A stretch of 50,002 nt of DNA from Gammaproteobacteria bacterium (GTDB taxonomy: Bacteria > Pseudomonadota > Gammaproteobacteria > Ga0077554 > Ga007554). The stretch spans positions 1 through 50,002 of the forward strand of contig JAGVME010000012.1 of the NCBI GenBank assembly GCA_020053945.1, written 5' to 3'. Positions 22,508 through 31,076 of this stretch are shown piece after piece. Under the pieces are notes generated by a model. It did no database searches. It saw nothing but the letters and a program-made list of their open reading frames with translations, and was not told the origin of the DNA. How positions within the stretch are numbered: the stretch's first letter is position 1; each line of letters opens with the position of its first letter. Both the position numbers and the translations under genes were made by a program.

Positions 22508-24336
22508 CGTGGGATGCGCTGCACAGCAGCCTGGATATTTCTACTTTGCATCGGCACTATCACGCGGGAACTCTATCGGTTACCGATGTCATCACCGCGG
22601 TGCTGGAACGTATTCGACTTCGGGGAAAAGACCATGTCTGGATCAGTAGAGTCTCTGTCGCAGAAATTTATCAACGCGCCCGTCAATTAGATGACCTGCA
22701 TCATACTGCGGATTTATTTGGGCGATACCCATTATATGGCATTCCGTTCGCAGTAAAAGACAATATAGATGTTGCTGACATGCACACCACGGCGGCGTGT
22801 CCAGCCTATGCTTATCTCGCGGAGAAAGATGCCACGGTGGTTCACAGGCTTTTGGATGCGGGTGCGATATTGATCGGTAAAACCAATATGGATCAATTTG
22901 CCACTGGGCTAGTCGGCACGCGTTCGCCCTATGGCATACCGGTTAATCCTTTTAATCATGCTTATATTCCCGGTGGATCCAGTTCTGGTTCTGCAGTGGC
23001 TGTCGCCACAGGATGTGTCAGTTTTTCGTTGGGCACGGACACGGCCGGATCTGGCAGGGTGCCTGCGGCACTTAACAATATCATCGGACTAAAACCCACG
23101 CGCGGTTTGCTCAGCACCCACGGTATAGTACCGGCCTGCCGCAGCCTGGATTGTGTATCAATATTTTCCCTAACGGTAAACGACGCTACAAAAATAATGG
23201 CCGTTACAATCAAGTATGATTCTGATGATCCATTTTCAAAATCGGAAGCGGACCGGCAACACCCTGCATTACTGCCTGTATGCCGGAATTTCAAGTTTGG
23301 TGTGCCTGATGCGGCGAGCCTCACATTTTTTGGGGATGTTGATTCAGAACAATGTTTTTCCCAAGCCATCGTCCAACTTCAGGCATTGGGTGGAGAAGCC
23401 ATAGAAATAGATTTTTCCCCGTTCCGCCGCACCGCCGAATTGTTATATCAAGGCCCCTGGGTTACTGAGCGCTATCTGACCGTGGGTGGGCTTATGGAAA
23501 AAACACCCCACGCCCTGCACCGGGATGTACGCCAGGCTATTGAAACGGCTTATCGCTATGATGCTGCCGATGTGTATGCGGGTTTATATCAATTAAAAAC
23601 ACTGCAACAAGAAACCGATCGCATTATGCGCACGATTGATTACCTGGTGACGCCTACCGTGGGGACAACATATCCGATTAGTGATGTGCTTGCCCAACCA
23701 AAAATAACCAACGAAAATTTGGGTTATTATACCAACTTCATGAACCTGCTCGATTTATGCGCCATAGCGTTGCCTGCTGGAATGTTACCCAATGGTTTAC
23801 CCTTTGGGATTAGCGTTGTAGCGCTCCCTTATCAAGAAAATACGTTGTTTTCAGTGGCGGAAGCCTTTCATCGCGCCAGTCGGTTGCCCACAGGAGCCAC
23901 CCAACAATTTCTACCCCCGGCATTCCCAACAGCCCTCGTTGTAAAAGATGAAAAATATCTCCGCCTGTGCGTCTGTGGCGCCCACATGTCGGGGCTGCCT
24001 TTGAATTATCAATTACTGGAATGCGGTGGCCGTTTATGGGCAAAAACACGCACTGCCCCGCATTATAAATTATATGCAATGGAAGAAATGAAACCTCCGC
24101 GGCCCGGCATGATACGCGCTGAAAATGGCGTGGCGTTAGATGTTGAGGTATGGGAATTACCCATAGAGAAATTTGGTGTTTTCATAAAAAAAGTGCCCTC
24201 GCCTTTATGCATTGGCACGGTAGCGTTGGAAACGGGGGAGCCTGTCAGTGGTTTTCTTTGCGAACCTTTTGCATTAAAAAACGCCAAGGACATCTCCCTA
24301 CTGGGCGGCTGGCGCGCCTATCTGAAGGGCTTATAG
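22504..24336 (+). CDS. atzF: Allophanate hydrolase (amidase-signature N-domain plus AtzF-type C-domain)
   Basis: 610 aa with the amidase signature GGSSSGSAVAVA, catalytic Lys context FAVKDNIDV, and a C-terminal domain of about 120 aa (LCVCGAHMSGLPLNYQL...) typical of allophanate hydrolases. Confidence 0.85.
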   Translation: MTWDALHSSLDISTLHRHYHAGTLSVTDVITAVLERIRLRGKDHVWISRVSVAEIYQRARQLDDLHHTADLFGRYPLYGIPFAVKDNIDVADMHTTAACPAYAYLAEKDATVVHRLLDAGAILIGKTNMDQFATGLVGTRSPYGIPVNPFNHAYIPGGSSSGSAVAVATGCVSFSLGTDTAGSGRVPAALNNIIGLKPTRGLLSTHGIVPACRSLDCVSIFSLTVNDATKIMAVTIKYDSDDPFSKSEADRQHPALLPVCRNFKFGVPDAASLTFFGDVDSEQCFSQAIVQLQALGGEAIEIDFSPFRRTAELLYQGPWVTERYLTVGGLMEKTPHALHRDVRQAIETAYRYDAADVYAGLYQLKTLQQETDRIMRTIDYLVTPTVGTTYPISDVLAQPKITNENLGYYTNFMNLLDLCAIALPAGMLPNGLPFGISVVALPYQENTLFSVAEAFHRASRLPTGATQQFLPPAFPTALVVKDEKYLRLCVCGAHMSGLPLNYQLLECGGRLWAKTRTAPHYKLYAMEEMKPPRPGMIRAENGVALDVEVWELPIEKFGVFIKKVPSPLCIGTVALETGEPVSGFLCEPFALKNAKDISLLGGWRAYLKGL

Positions 24337-24480
24337 CTAATTCAGCACCCTCCAAACAAACCCCGGCTTTGCCCTGCAAAGAGCAGCCAGTACCCTGCGG
24401 GCGCGAGTTGAACCCCATCCATACCGCGGACGCCGTCGGGGATTTTCCATGCAACATCACACCTCGTGCCTACCCATAAT

Positions 24481-24507
24481 CCTAAAAACCTCAGTTGGAG
24501 TAGCGTG
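24481..24507. repeat. Solo half-copy of the 47.6-kb palindromic element
   Basis: CCTAAAAACCTCAGTTGGAGTAGCGTG compared with CCTAAAACCTCAGTTGGAACCGTAGCGAG at 47599-47627. No matching right arm was found nearby. Confidence 0.6.
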
Positions 24508-24673
24508 CTGGGGCGTTTTCATGTGATCCACCACAGCCAGTCCGTGCGTAATACAAGAGGCAACCCACGCATAAGAGTCTGTTCAATGGCGCCTGTCAAA
24601 CGTCATCATTAAGCGATACACTAAAGGTTTGGCTAACCGGCGAACGTGGCTACCGGACGGCGGCTAAATAATA

Positions 24674-24707
24674 GTCATTTCGAATGGCCTGCCGGACGGG
24701 AGAAATC
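24674..24707. repeat. Partial copy of the 7.4-kb MITE arm
   Basis: GTCATTTCGA-N14-GGGAGAAATC compared with GTCATTTCGA-ccaca-GGGAGAAATC at 7369-7393. Confidence 0.5.
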
Positions 24708-24751
24708 CTGGAGCCGCTTCATTTAATAATTTCAAGGTCACTGAATAACGT

Positions 24752-25969
24752 ATGGCTGCATTTGAATATATAGCGCTAGACGCCAGCGGCCGCGAACGTA
24801 AAGGTGTGCTGGAAGGCGACACGCCCCGCCAGGTACGCCAGCAATTGCGCGAGAAAGGCTTGGCGCCCGTGAATGTCGCTGAAGTGCGGCAGAGCGAAGA
24901 CCACCGCTCTGCCGCACGTTTTTCATTCGGACGGGGGATCAGCGCCACCGACCTGGCATTGATTACGCGGCAGTTTGCTACCTTGGCGCGTTCCGGCCTA
25001 CCGATTGAAGAAGCCTTGCAGACCGTATCACGGCAAACCGAAAAACCGCGCTTGCGTAACATGCTGATGGCGGTGCGCTCAAGAATTATGGAAGGCCATT
25101 CGCTGGCCACGGCATTGCGCGATTTTCCGCATATTTTCTCCCAACTCTACACCGCCACCGTCGCCGCCGGCGAGCAATCGGGGCATCTGGACATTGTACT
25201 GGAACGATTGGCTGACTACACCGAAGCACGGCAAACGCTCCGGCAAAAGATGCTGCTGGCGTTGCTTTACCCATCCATAGTCACGGTTGTTGCGCTTCTG
25301 GTGGTGGTTGCTTTGCTAACCTTTGTGGTACCACAAGTAGTTGATGTATTTGACAATATAGGCCAGGACTTACCCATATTGACGCGCATGCTGATCGCTG
25401 TCAGTGACTTTTTAAAAGATTATGGCATAGTATTGCTGCTGGCATTAATTGGCGTGGGCCTGATAATTGCCCGGGCATTACGCCAGCCTGGCCCCAAACA
25501 GCAATTTCATCGCTTATTATTAGCCTTGCCACTGATCTCGCGGCTGGTGCGCAGCATGAATACAGCGCGTTTTATGCGCACCTTCAGCATTCTTACCGCC
25601 AGCGGTGTGCCGGTGATTGAGGCGATGCGCATTTCGGCGCAGGTGATTTCCAATCTGCCGATGCGCGCGGCGGTGGAAGAAGCCGCACGGCGCGTACGTG
25701 AAGGGGCGAACTTGCATAAATCGCTGGAACGCAGCGGCTATTTTCCGCCGATCGCCATTCATCTGGTCGCCAGTGGCGAAGCCAGCGGCAAACTGGAGAG
25801 CATGCTGGACCGTGCCGCAATCAGCCAGGAAAAGGAAATTGAAACCCTGCTGGCGGCGCTGATGGGGCTGTTTGAACCGCTCTTGATCATCGGCATGGGC
25901 GGCGCTGTATTGATTATTGTCATCGCGATCCTCCTGCCGATATTTGACCTCAACCAACTCGTAAAATAA
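24752..25969 (+). CDS. gspF: Type II secretion system inner-membrane platform protein GspF
   Basis: 405 aa with a MAAFEYIALDASGRERKGVLEGD opening typical of GspF, two T2SF domains and 3 TM segments. Confidence 0.95.
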   Translation: MAAFEYIALDASGRERKGVLEGDTPRQVRQQLREKGLAPVNVAEVRQSEDHRSAARFSFGRGISATDLALITRQFATLARSGLPIEEALQTVSRQTEKPRLRNMLMAVRSRIMEGHSLATALRDFPHIFSQLYTATVAAGEQSGHLDIVLERLADYTEARQTLRQKMLLALLYPSIVTVVALLVVVALLTFVVPQVVDVFDNIGQDLPILTRMLIAVSDFLKDYGIVLLLALIGVGLIIARALRQPGPKQQFHRLLLALPLISRLVRSMNTARFMRTFSILTASGVPVIEAMRISAQVISNLPMRAAVEEAARRVREGANLHKSLERSGYFPPIAIHLVASGEASGKLESMLDRAAISQEKEIETLLAALMGLFEPLLIIGMGGAVLIIVIAILLPIFDLNQLVK

Positions 25970-26003
25970 CACTCATCACAAGATGATAATGGAACATACC
26001 TTT

Positions 26004-26468
26004 ATGAAATTAAAAACCCGCAATCCCAGACTGGCCCAACGTGGCGGCGCACGTGTACCCCAACGTGGCTTCACGCTCATCGAAGTGATGATCGTGGTGA
26101 TCATCCTGGGCATCCTGGCTTCGTTTATTTTACCGCGCATCATGGATCGCCCCGATGCGGCGCGCATTGTCAAGGCTAAACAGGATATCCGCACCCTGGT
26201 CAACGCACTCGATCTCTACAAACTCGATAATTTCAAATATCCGACGACAGACCAAGGGTTGGAAGCGTTAACCAAAAAACCCGCTGACGCCACGCGCTGG
26301 AAAGAAGGAGGTTATATCGACCGTTTACCCAATGATCCGTGGGGGAAGCCCTACCAGTACTTAAGCCCGGGTACCCAGGGAGCCATTGATGTGTTCACCC
26401 TGGGCGCGGATGGGCAAGTGGGCGGGGAAGACAGTGACGCAGATATTGGCAACTGGAATCTTGAATAG
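26004..26468 (+). CDS. gspG: T2SS major pseudopilin GspG
   Basis: Prepilin site QRG|FTLIEVMIVV, and the conserved C-terminal part LDNFKYPTTDQGLEAL, DPWGKPYQYLSPG, DVFTLGADGQ.GGE. The ATG at 26004 is preferred. Confidence 0.93.
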   Translation: MKLKTRNPRLAQRGGARVPQRGFTLIEVMIVVIILGILASFILPRIMDRPDAARIVKAKQDIRTLVNALDLYKLDNFKYPTTDQGLEALTKKPADATRWKEGGYIDRLPNDPWGKPYQYLSPGTQGAIDVFTLGADGQVGGEDSDADIGNWNLE

Positions 26469-26504
26469 CCCAAGAACCGTTAGCGCGCGCCCACAGCGCG
26501 GCCG

Positions 26505-26679
26505 CTCCTGCGCATCATGCGATGCACAGGGAAGAGCGATAGCGAAGGGTTCTGCTAGTGTCGCCAGAGGCAGGATGCCGGGAGCGACCGCCCACGGCAC
26601 TTGTGCGCCGGGCAGGATGCCCAAGTGCGGTGAGCGCAGGGAAGAGCGCAAGCGAAGGGTTTCGCAAGAACCGCCGTCC
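26505..26679. repeat. Tandem array (2 long copies and 1 short copy) of the GC-rich GGCAGGATGCC...GGTGAGCGCAGGGAAGAGCG.AAGCGAAGGGTT repeat
   Basis: The two long copies are TGCGATGCACAGGGAAGAGCGATAGCGAAGGGTTCTGC (about 26517-26554) and TGCGGTGAGCGCAGGGAAGAGCGCAAGCGAAGGGTTTCGC (about 26626-26665). A short internal copy, GAGGCAGGATGCCGGGAGCGACCGCC, lies between them. The array fills the gspG-gspH spacer. Confidence 0.75.
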
Positions 26680-27219
26680 ATGCACGGCGGATTCACGCTA
26701 CTGGAGTTATTGCTGGTGATACTGATCATCGGCATCATTTTAAGTTTTGCCGCCTTGTCGATCGGGCGCGGCAATGAACGGGCGACCGAAGATGAAATGA
26801 AACGCCTCGCGGGGTTGATTGAACTGGCGGCACAGGAAGCCACCCTGGCGTCGCGTGAATTGGCGGTGCAATTCAATGGCAATAAATATGAATTCCTGGC
26901 ATTTGAAGATAACAAATGGGCACGCATCGCCAATGATGATACTTTCCGCCCACGCACGTTGCCGGAAGAGATACGCTTAATTGTCAGGATTGAAGACGAG
27001 CCGGTGGATCTTGGTACAGAAGACGCCCCGGAAGCGGGGCAGGAAACACAAAACGCGCTGTCGCGTATTTACCTGTTATCCAGCGGGGAAATAACGCCCT
27101 TTCAACTGATTTTGCAAGATGCCACAACAAACCGCGAAGGCGCCCACAGCTATCGGATTGATGGCGGCATCAATGGCAAGATTGGCACACATGTGATGGA
27201 CGGCGCATCCGCCCAATGA
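26680..27219 (+). CDS. gspH: T2SS minor pseudopilin GspH
   Basis: MHGG|FTLLELLLVILIIGIILSFA prepilin N-terminus, in the position after gspG. The start is uncertain: in-frame ATGs at 26617 and 26575 lie inside the repeat array. Confidence 0.8.
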   Translation: MHGGFTLLELLLVILIIGIILSFAALSIGRGNERATEDEMKRLAGLIELAAQEATLASRELAVQFNGNKYEFLAFEDNKWARIANDDTFRPRTLPEEIRLIVRIEDEPVDLGTEDAPEAGQETQNALSRIYLLSSGEITPFQLILQDATTNREGAHSYRIDGGINGKIGTHVMDGASAQ

Positions 27220-27614
27220 ACACCGCCAGGATAGTTCCGGGCACCCGCAAGCGTGGAACAGGATTTACGCTGATTGAAGTATTGATCGCGTTAGCCGTGC
27301 TGGCGATTGCCTTGTCTGCGGTGATTAAAGGGGTAGGGGCGAATGTCAACAACGCCGCCCACTTGCGCGACCGCATGCTGGCGCACTGGGTGGCCATGAA
27401 TAAAGTTGCGGAATTGCAGACAGATACCACTTTTCCTACGCCGGGGGTAACCACCGGCACGATGTTGATGGCGGAACATGAGTGGATCTGGCAAGTCACA
27501 GTATCCACCACGCCGAATGCGACCATACAGCGGCTGGATGTGGAAGTGCGTGGCAAAAAAGAAGATAAACAACCGTTGGACAGCGTGGTAGCGTATGCGG
27601 GACAACCGCAGTGA
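27216..27614 (+). CDS. gspI: T2SS minor pseudopilin GspI
   Basis: 132 aa with G|FTLIEVLIALAVLAIALSAV. It shares an ATGA overlap with gspH. Confidence 0.9.
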   Translation: MNTARIVPGTRKRGTGFTLIEVLIALAVLAIALSAVIKGVGANVNNAAHLRDRMLAHWVAMNKVAELQTDTTFPTPGVTTGTMLMAEHEWIWQVTVSTTPNATIQRLDVEVRGKKEDKQPLDSVVAYAGQPQ

Positions 27615-28270
27615 GCAAGTGGGCCATCAACGCCGATAAAAAGCAACACGGCTTTACGTTGATTGAACTGATGATCGCATTAGCCATCTTTGCCGTGCTG
27701 TCGGCGATGACTTACGGTGGTTTACGCGCGGTGCTGAATGCGCGCAACCATTCCGACCAACAAACCGAGCGCCTGGCGGCGTTGCAAACGGCATTGGTGG
27801 TCATGGGGCGGGACATCGAGCAAGCCACGCCCCGCTCGATCCGGGACATAGGCAGCGGCGGCCAGCCCGCAATGATGGGCGGTGGCAACAACACCGCGAG
27901 CGCCAGCGGCGCCATGCTGGAGTTTACACGCACCGGCTGGCGCAATCCGGCCGGCCGGGCGCGCAGTAATTTGCAGCGCGTGGCGTATACGGTGCAAAAC
28001 AAACAACTCTTGCGCATGACATGGATGGCGCTCGACCAGGCGCCAAACCAATTACCGCAAACCACGGTATTACTCGACAAGGTTAATGGGTTGGAGATAC
28101 GTTTTCTTGACCAGCAAATGCGTTGGCAATTGCTATGGCCACTCGCCACCACCGACACGGCGGCGCAAGTTATTTTGCCGCGCGCGGTTGAAATCAGCAT
28201 TGACGTTGAAGGCTGGGGGCGCATCCCACGGTTGTTTGGCGTGGCTGGAACAGGCGGAAAAGCCGGATGA
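27611..28270 (+). CDS. gspJ: T2SS minor pseudopilin GspJ
   Basis: 219 aa with HG|FTLIELMIALAIFAVL. GTG start overlapping the gspI stop. Confidence 0.9.
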   Translation: MSKWAINADKKQHGFTLIELMIALAIFAVLSAMTYGGLRAVLNARNHSDQQTERLAALQTALVVMGRDIEQATPRSIRDIGSGGQPAMMGGGNNTASASGAMLEFTRTGWRNPAGRARSNLQRVAYTVQNKQLLRMTWMALDQAPNQLPQTTVLLDKVNGLEIRFLDQQMRWQLLWPLATTDTAAQVILPRAVEISIDVEGWGRIPRLFGVAGTGGKAG

Positions 28271-29202
28271 ACGCACCAAAAAACACATCACAATCAGGTG
28301 TCGCCCTGATTACCGCGCTGCTGGTGGTGGCCATTGTAACGGTCATTGCCACGGGCATGGCCACGCGCCAGCAACTGGATATCCGGCGCAGCGGTAATGT
28401 ATTAGACCGCGACCAGGCGTATTTGCTGGCGCTCGGCGTGGAAAGCTGGGGCAGGAGTATTTTGGTACAGGATCGCCGCGAGAACAACGTGGATAATTTA
28501 TCGGAGGTGTGGGCTACCGTGTTGCCCCCCTTAAACGTGGAAGGTGGCGAGGTCGCAGGACACATTGAAGATATGCAAGGACGGTTCAACATCAATAACC
28601 TGGTGAAGGACGGCAAACCCAGCCCCGTGGATACGCAACGCTTTGAACGCCTCTTGAAAACCCTGGAATTAAACCCCAACCTCTCCCAGGCCGTGATCGA
28701 CTGGATTGACAGCGACAGCGAAACCATGCCGGGGAATGGCGCCGAAGACGGCGAATACTTGGGGCATAATCCCCCTTACAGGACCGCCAATAACATCATC
28801 AGCAGCGTCAGTGAACTACGCCTGGTCAATGGCTTCACCAAAGAAGCGGTTGCGCGCCTGGAACCCTTCATTAGCGCATTACCGGCTTACACGCTCATTA
28901 ATGTCAATACCGCGCCTCCCGAAATATTCATGATGCTGGCTGATGATTTAACCAAAACCGATGCTGAGGCGATAATAGAAGACCGCGGCGCAAAAGGTTA
29001 TGCGGAGATTCAGGCATTCATTACCAGCCCGACCCTAAAAAGCCGCAATATTCCCGCTGATGGACTGGGCGTCAGCAGCGATTATTTTAGGGTGGATGCC
29101 GCGTCCCGTTTCGGTAAAGGACAGGTGCGGTTACTGGGTTTAATCCACCGCACGGCCGATAACAAAGCGCAAACACTGGTTCGGGCACAAGGGGTTTACT
29201 GA
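28267..29202 (+). CDS. gspK: T2SS minor pseudopilin GspK
   Basis: 311 aa with GVALITALLVVAIV and the GspK hallmarks GRFNINNL, EDGEYL and SELRLVNGFT. Confidence 0.9.
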   Translation: MNAPKNTSQSGVALITALLVVAIVTVIATGMATRQQLDIRRSGNVLDRDQAYLLALGVESWGRSILVQDRRENNVDNLSEVWATVLPPLNVEGGEVAGHIEDMQGRFNINNLVKDGKPSPVDTQRFERLLKTLELNPNLSQAVIDWIDSDSETMPGNGAEDGEYLGHNPPYRTANNIISSVSELRLVNGFTKEAVARLEPFISALPAYTLINVNTAPPEIFMMLADDLTKTDAEAIIEDRGAKGYAEIQAFITSPTLKSRNIPADGLGVSSDYFRVDAASRFGKGQVRLLGLIHRTADNKAQTLVRAQGVY

Positions 29203-29204
29203 CG

Positions 29205-30527
29205 ATGCGCGCAAAATTATTTATTTATTTACAGCCTGATTCATCCGGTGCTGCCAGTTGGGTCCGTGTAGAAGAGCCTGCACGTCAAAGCCTGAATGTG
29301 GGCCACGGAACATTGCAAGATATTGCCGCCGTCAGTGCAGGATGCCGTATCATTGCGCTGGTTCCTGGCGCGGATGTATTACTCGCTATCGCCAATATAC
29401 CGGCAGGCAACCGTCAGCGCGCCATGAATGCGATTCCCTATGCGCTTGAAGATCAACTGGCAACCGATGTTGATACCCTGCATTTTGCGCTGGGTGAACG
29501 GCTTGATAATACGCGTATCCACGCCGCTGCGGTTGACCGGGCCCCTATGGATAGTTGGCTCGATACGCTGCGTCAGGCGCATATCGAGCCGGATGTCATC
29601 ACTTCCGAAATTCTTGCGCTGCCCTGGCCGGAAGCAAGGCCAGGATTGGCCGCCACCTCATGGGTAATTCTCGTTAATGGCAATAAAGCCCTGGTGCGTA
29701 CCGGCCCACAAACCGGCTGGGTAGCCGACATCGGCAATCTTGATGCGTTATTGCGGATTGCATTACAGGAATCCAGCGCGGCACGGCCCGAACAGGTGCG
29801 CGTCATCCACTGTACTCCTGCCACCACCTTTGCGCCGGGCGGGATGCCCACGTGTGGTGAGCGCAGGGATGCGCAAGAGCCACCTGAATTGCTGGCTGAC
29901 ACAGGCATTACAGTGGATGTCGAGCACAGTGATGAAGCCATGCTGTCATTCTTGGGCCGTGCTTACAATGAAAAAAATGCCATAAATTTACTGCAAGGAT
30001 CCTATAACCGCCGCGAGCAACTGGGTAAATTGTGGAAACCCTGGCGCCCCGCCTTGGCCATGCTGGCATTGCTGCTGATGATACAAAGCGGCATGACCAT
30101 TGCGGATTACCTGCACCTTAAAACTGAAAATGATGCGCTTACCCAGCAGATCGCGCAGACGTATTTACGCACTTTCCCGGACGCGCGCAAAGTCGTAAAC
30201 CCGCGCGCACAAATGGAACAACGCTTAAAAGAATTGCGCGGCAATGGTATTGAAACGGGGGGCTTTATCTCTTTGCTGGGCGACATCGGCCCCTCCTTAA
30301 AAGAAACACCCGGGATCGAAATACAGCGCATCAATTACGCAAACGCGCAAGGAAGCAACGCAGGAAAAATTGATCTTGCCTTATCCATTGGCGACCTGCA
30401 AAGCCTCGACCAACTCAAACAGCGCCTTACGACCCAAGGCAAAGTCACTGTCAGCATCGAGTCAGCGGCCAGCCGTGACAACAAAGTGGAAGCCCGGTTG
30501 CAAATCACCGGCCAAAACCCCGGATAA
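29205..30527 (+). CDS. gspL: T2SS assembly protein GspL
   Basis: 440 aa in the position between gspK and gspM. It has an N-terminal cytoplasmic domain (AIPYALEDQLA), one TM segment (ALAMLALLLMIQ) and a periplasmic C-domain. Confidence 0.88.
   Translation: MRAKLFIYLQPDSSGAASWVRVEEPARQSLNVGHGTLQDIAAVSAGCRIIALVPGADVLLAIANIPAGNRQRAMNAIPYALEDQLATDVDTLHFALGERLDNTRIHAAAVDRAPMDSWLDTLRQAHIEPDVITSEILALPWPEARPGLAATSWVILVNGNKALVRTGPQTGWVADIGNLDALLRIALQESSAARPEQVRVIHCTPATTFAPGGMPTCGERRDAQEPPELLADTGITVDVEHSDEAMLSFLGRAYNEKNAINLLQGSYNRREQLGKLWKPWRPALAMLALLLMIQSGMTIADYLHLKTENDALTQQIAQTYLRTFPDARKVVNPRAQMEQRLKELRGNGIETGGFISLLGDIGPSLKETPGIEIQRINYANAQGSNAGKIDLALSIGDLQSLDQLKQRLTTQGKVTVSIESAASRDNKVEARLQITGQNPG
29831..29884 (+). 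repeat. In-frame copy of the GC-rich repeat inside gspL
   Basis: TGCGCCGGGCGGGATGCCCACGTGTGGTGAGCGCAGGGATGCGCAAGAGCCACC compared with TGCGCCGGGCAGGATGCCCAAGTGCGGTGAGCGCAGGGA... at 26604. There are 3 mismatches over the first 39 nt. It encodes ..GGMPTCGERRDAQEPP.. Confidence 0.75.
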
Positions 30528-30566
30528 ATCCCGGTATAAATGCCCGTACAAATCAGGATAAGGCCC

Positions 30567-31076
30567 ATGAAATCATCCTTAATAAACATACTCGGCAACC
30601 TTAGCGCGCGTGAGCGTAATGCGCTTATCATTGGCGGCATCATTCTCGGCGTGTTATTGGCTTACGCCGCATTATGGAAGCCCTTCAGCAACAAGGTTGA
30701 AAAACTCGAACACTCCGTTCAGGAACAACGCGCCCTGCAACAATGGATCAACACCGCTTCAGCCGAAGCGCAACGCTTGCGCGCCACAAAAAATACTAAC
30801 TCTACGATGCAGAATACCGCAGGCCAATCTTTACTTTCCCTGGTGGACCAAGCCGCCAAACAAGACCGCCTGGGCACGGCGTTGAAACGTATCGAACCGG
30901 AAGGCTCCACCAAAGTACGTGTATGGATAGAGCAGGCGCCTTTTGATGATGTGGTGTTATGGATGGGCAATCTTAAAAACGCCTATGGCGCCCAGGTCAC
31001 CAATGTGAGCATTGACCGGCAAGGCACCTCCGCACTGGTGAATGCGCGCATCACTGTGGAGGGCGGCGCCCCATGA
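30567..31076 (+). CDS. gspM: T2SS protein GspM
   Basis: About 169 aa with one N-terminal TM segment (ALIIGGIILGVLLAYAALW), in the position after gspL. The ATG at 30567 follows AGGATAAGG. Confidence 0.85.
   Translation: MKSSLINILGNLSARERNALIIGGIILGVLLAYAALWKPFSNKVEKLEHSVQEQRALQQWINTASAEAQRLRATKNTNSTMQNTAGQSLLSLVDQAAKQDRLGTALKRIEPEGSTKVRVWIEQAPFDDVVLWMGNLKNAYGAQVTNVSIDRQGTSALVNARITVEGGAP

Noticed and set aside
24664-25110. 148-aa minus-strand ORF spanning the gspF start
   Set aside because: It is antisense to gspF for most of its length, has no motifs, and begins inside the repeat mosaic.
26386-26679. The ORF-track start of the 277-aa 'gspH' ORF at 26386
   Set aside because: The first roughly 28 codons overlap the 3' end of gspG in another frame. 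The rest is the GC-rich repeat array. The recognisable pseudopilin begins at the G|FTLLE site. I report 26680 as the start and flag 26617 and 26575 as alternatives.
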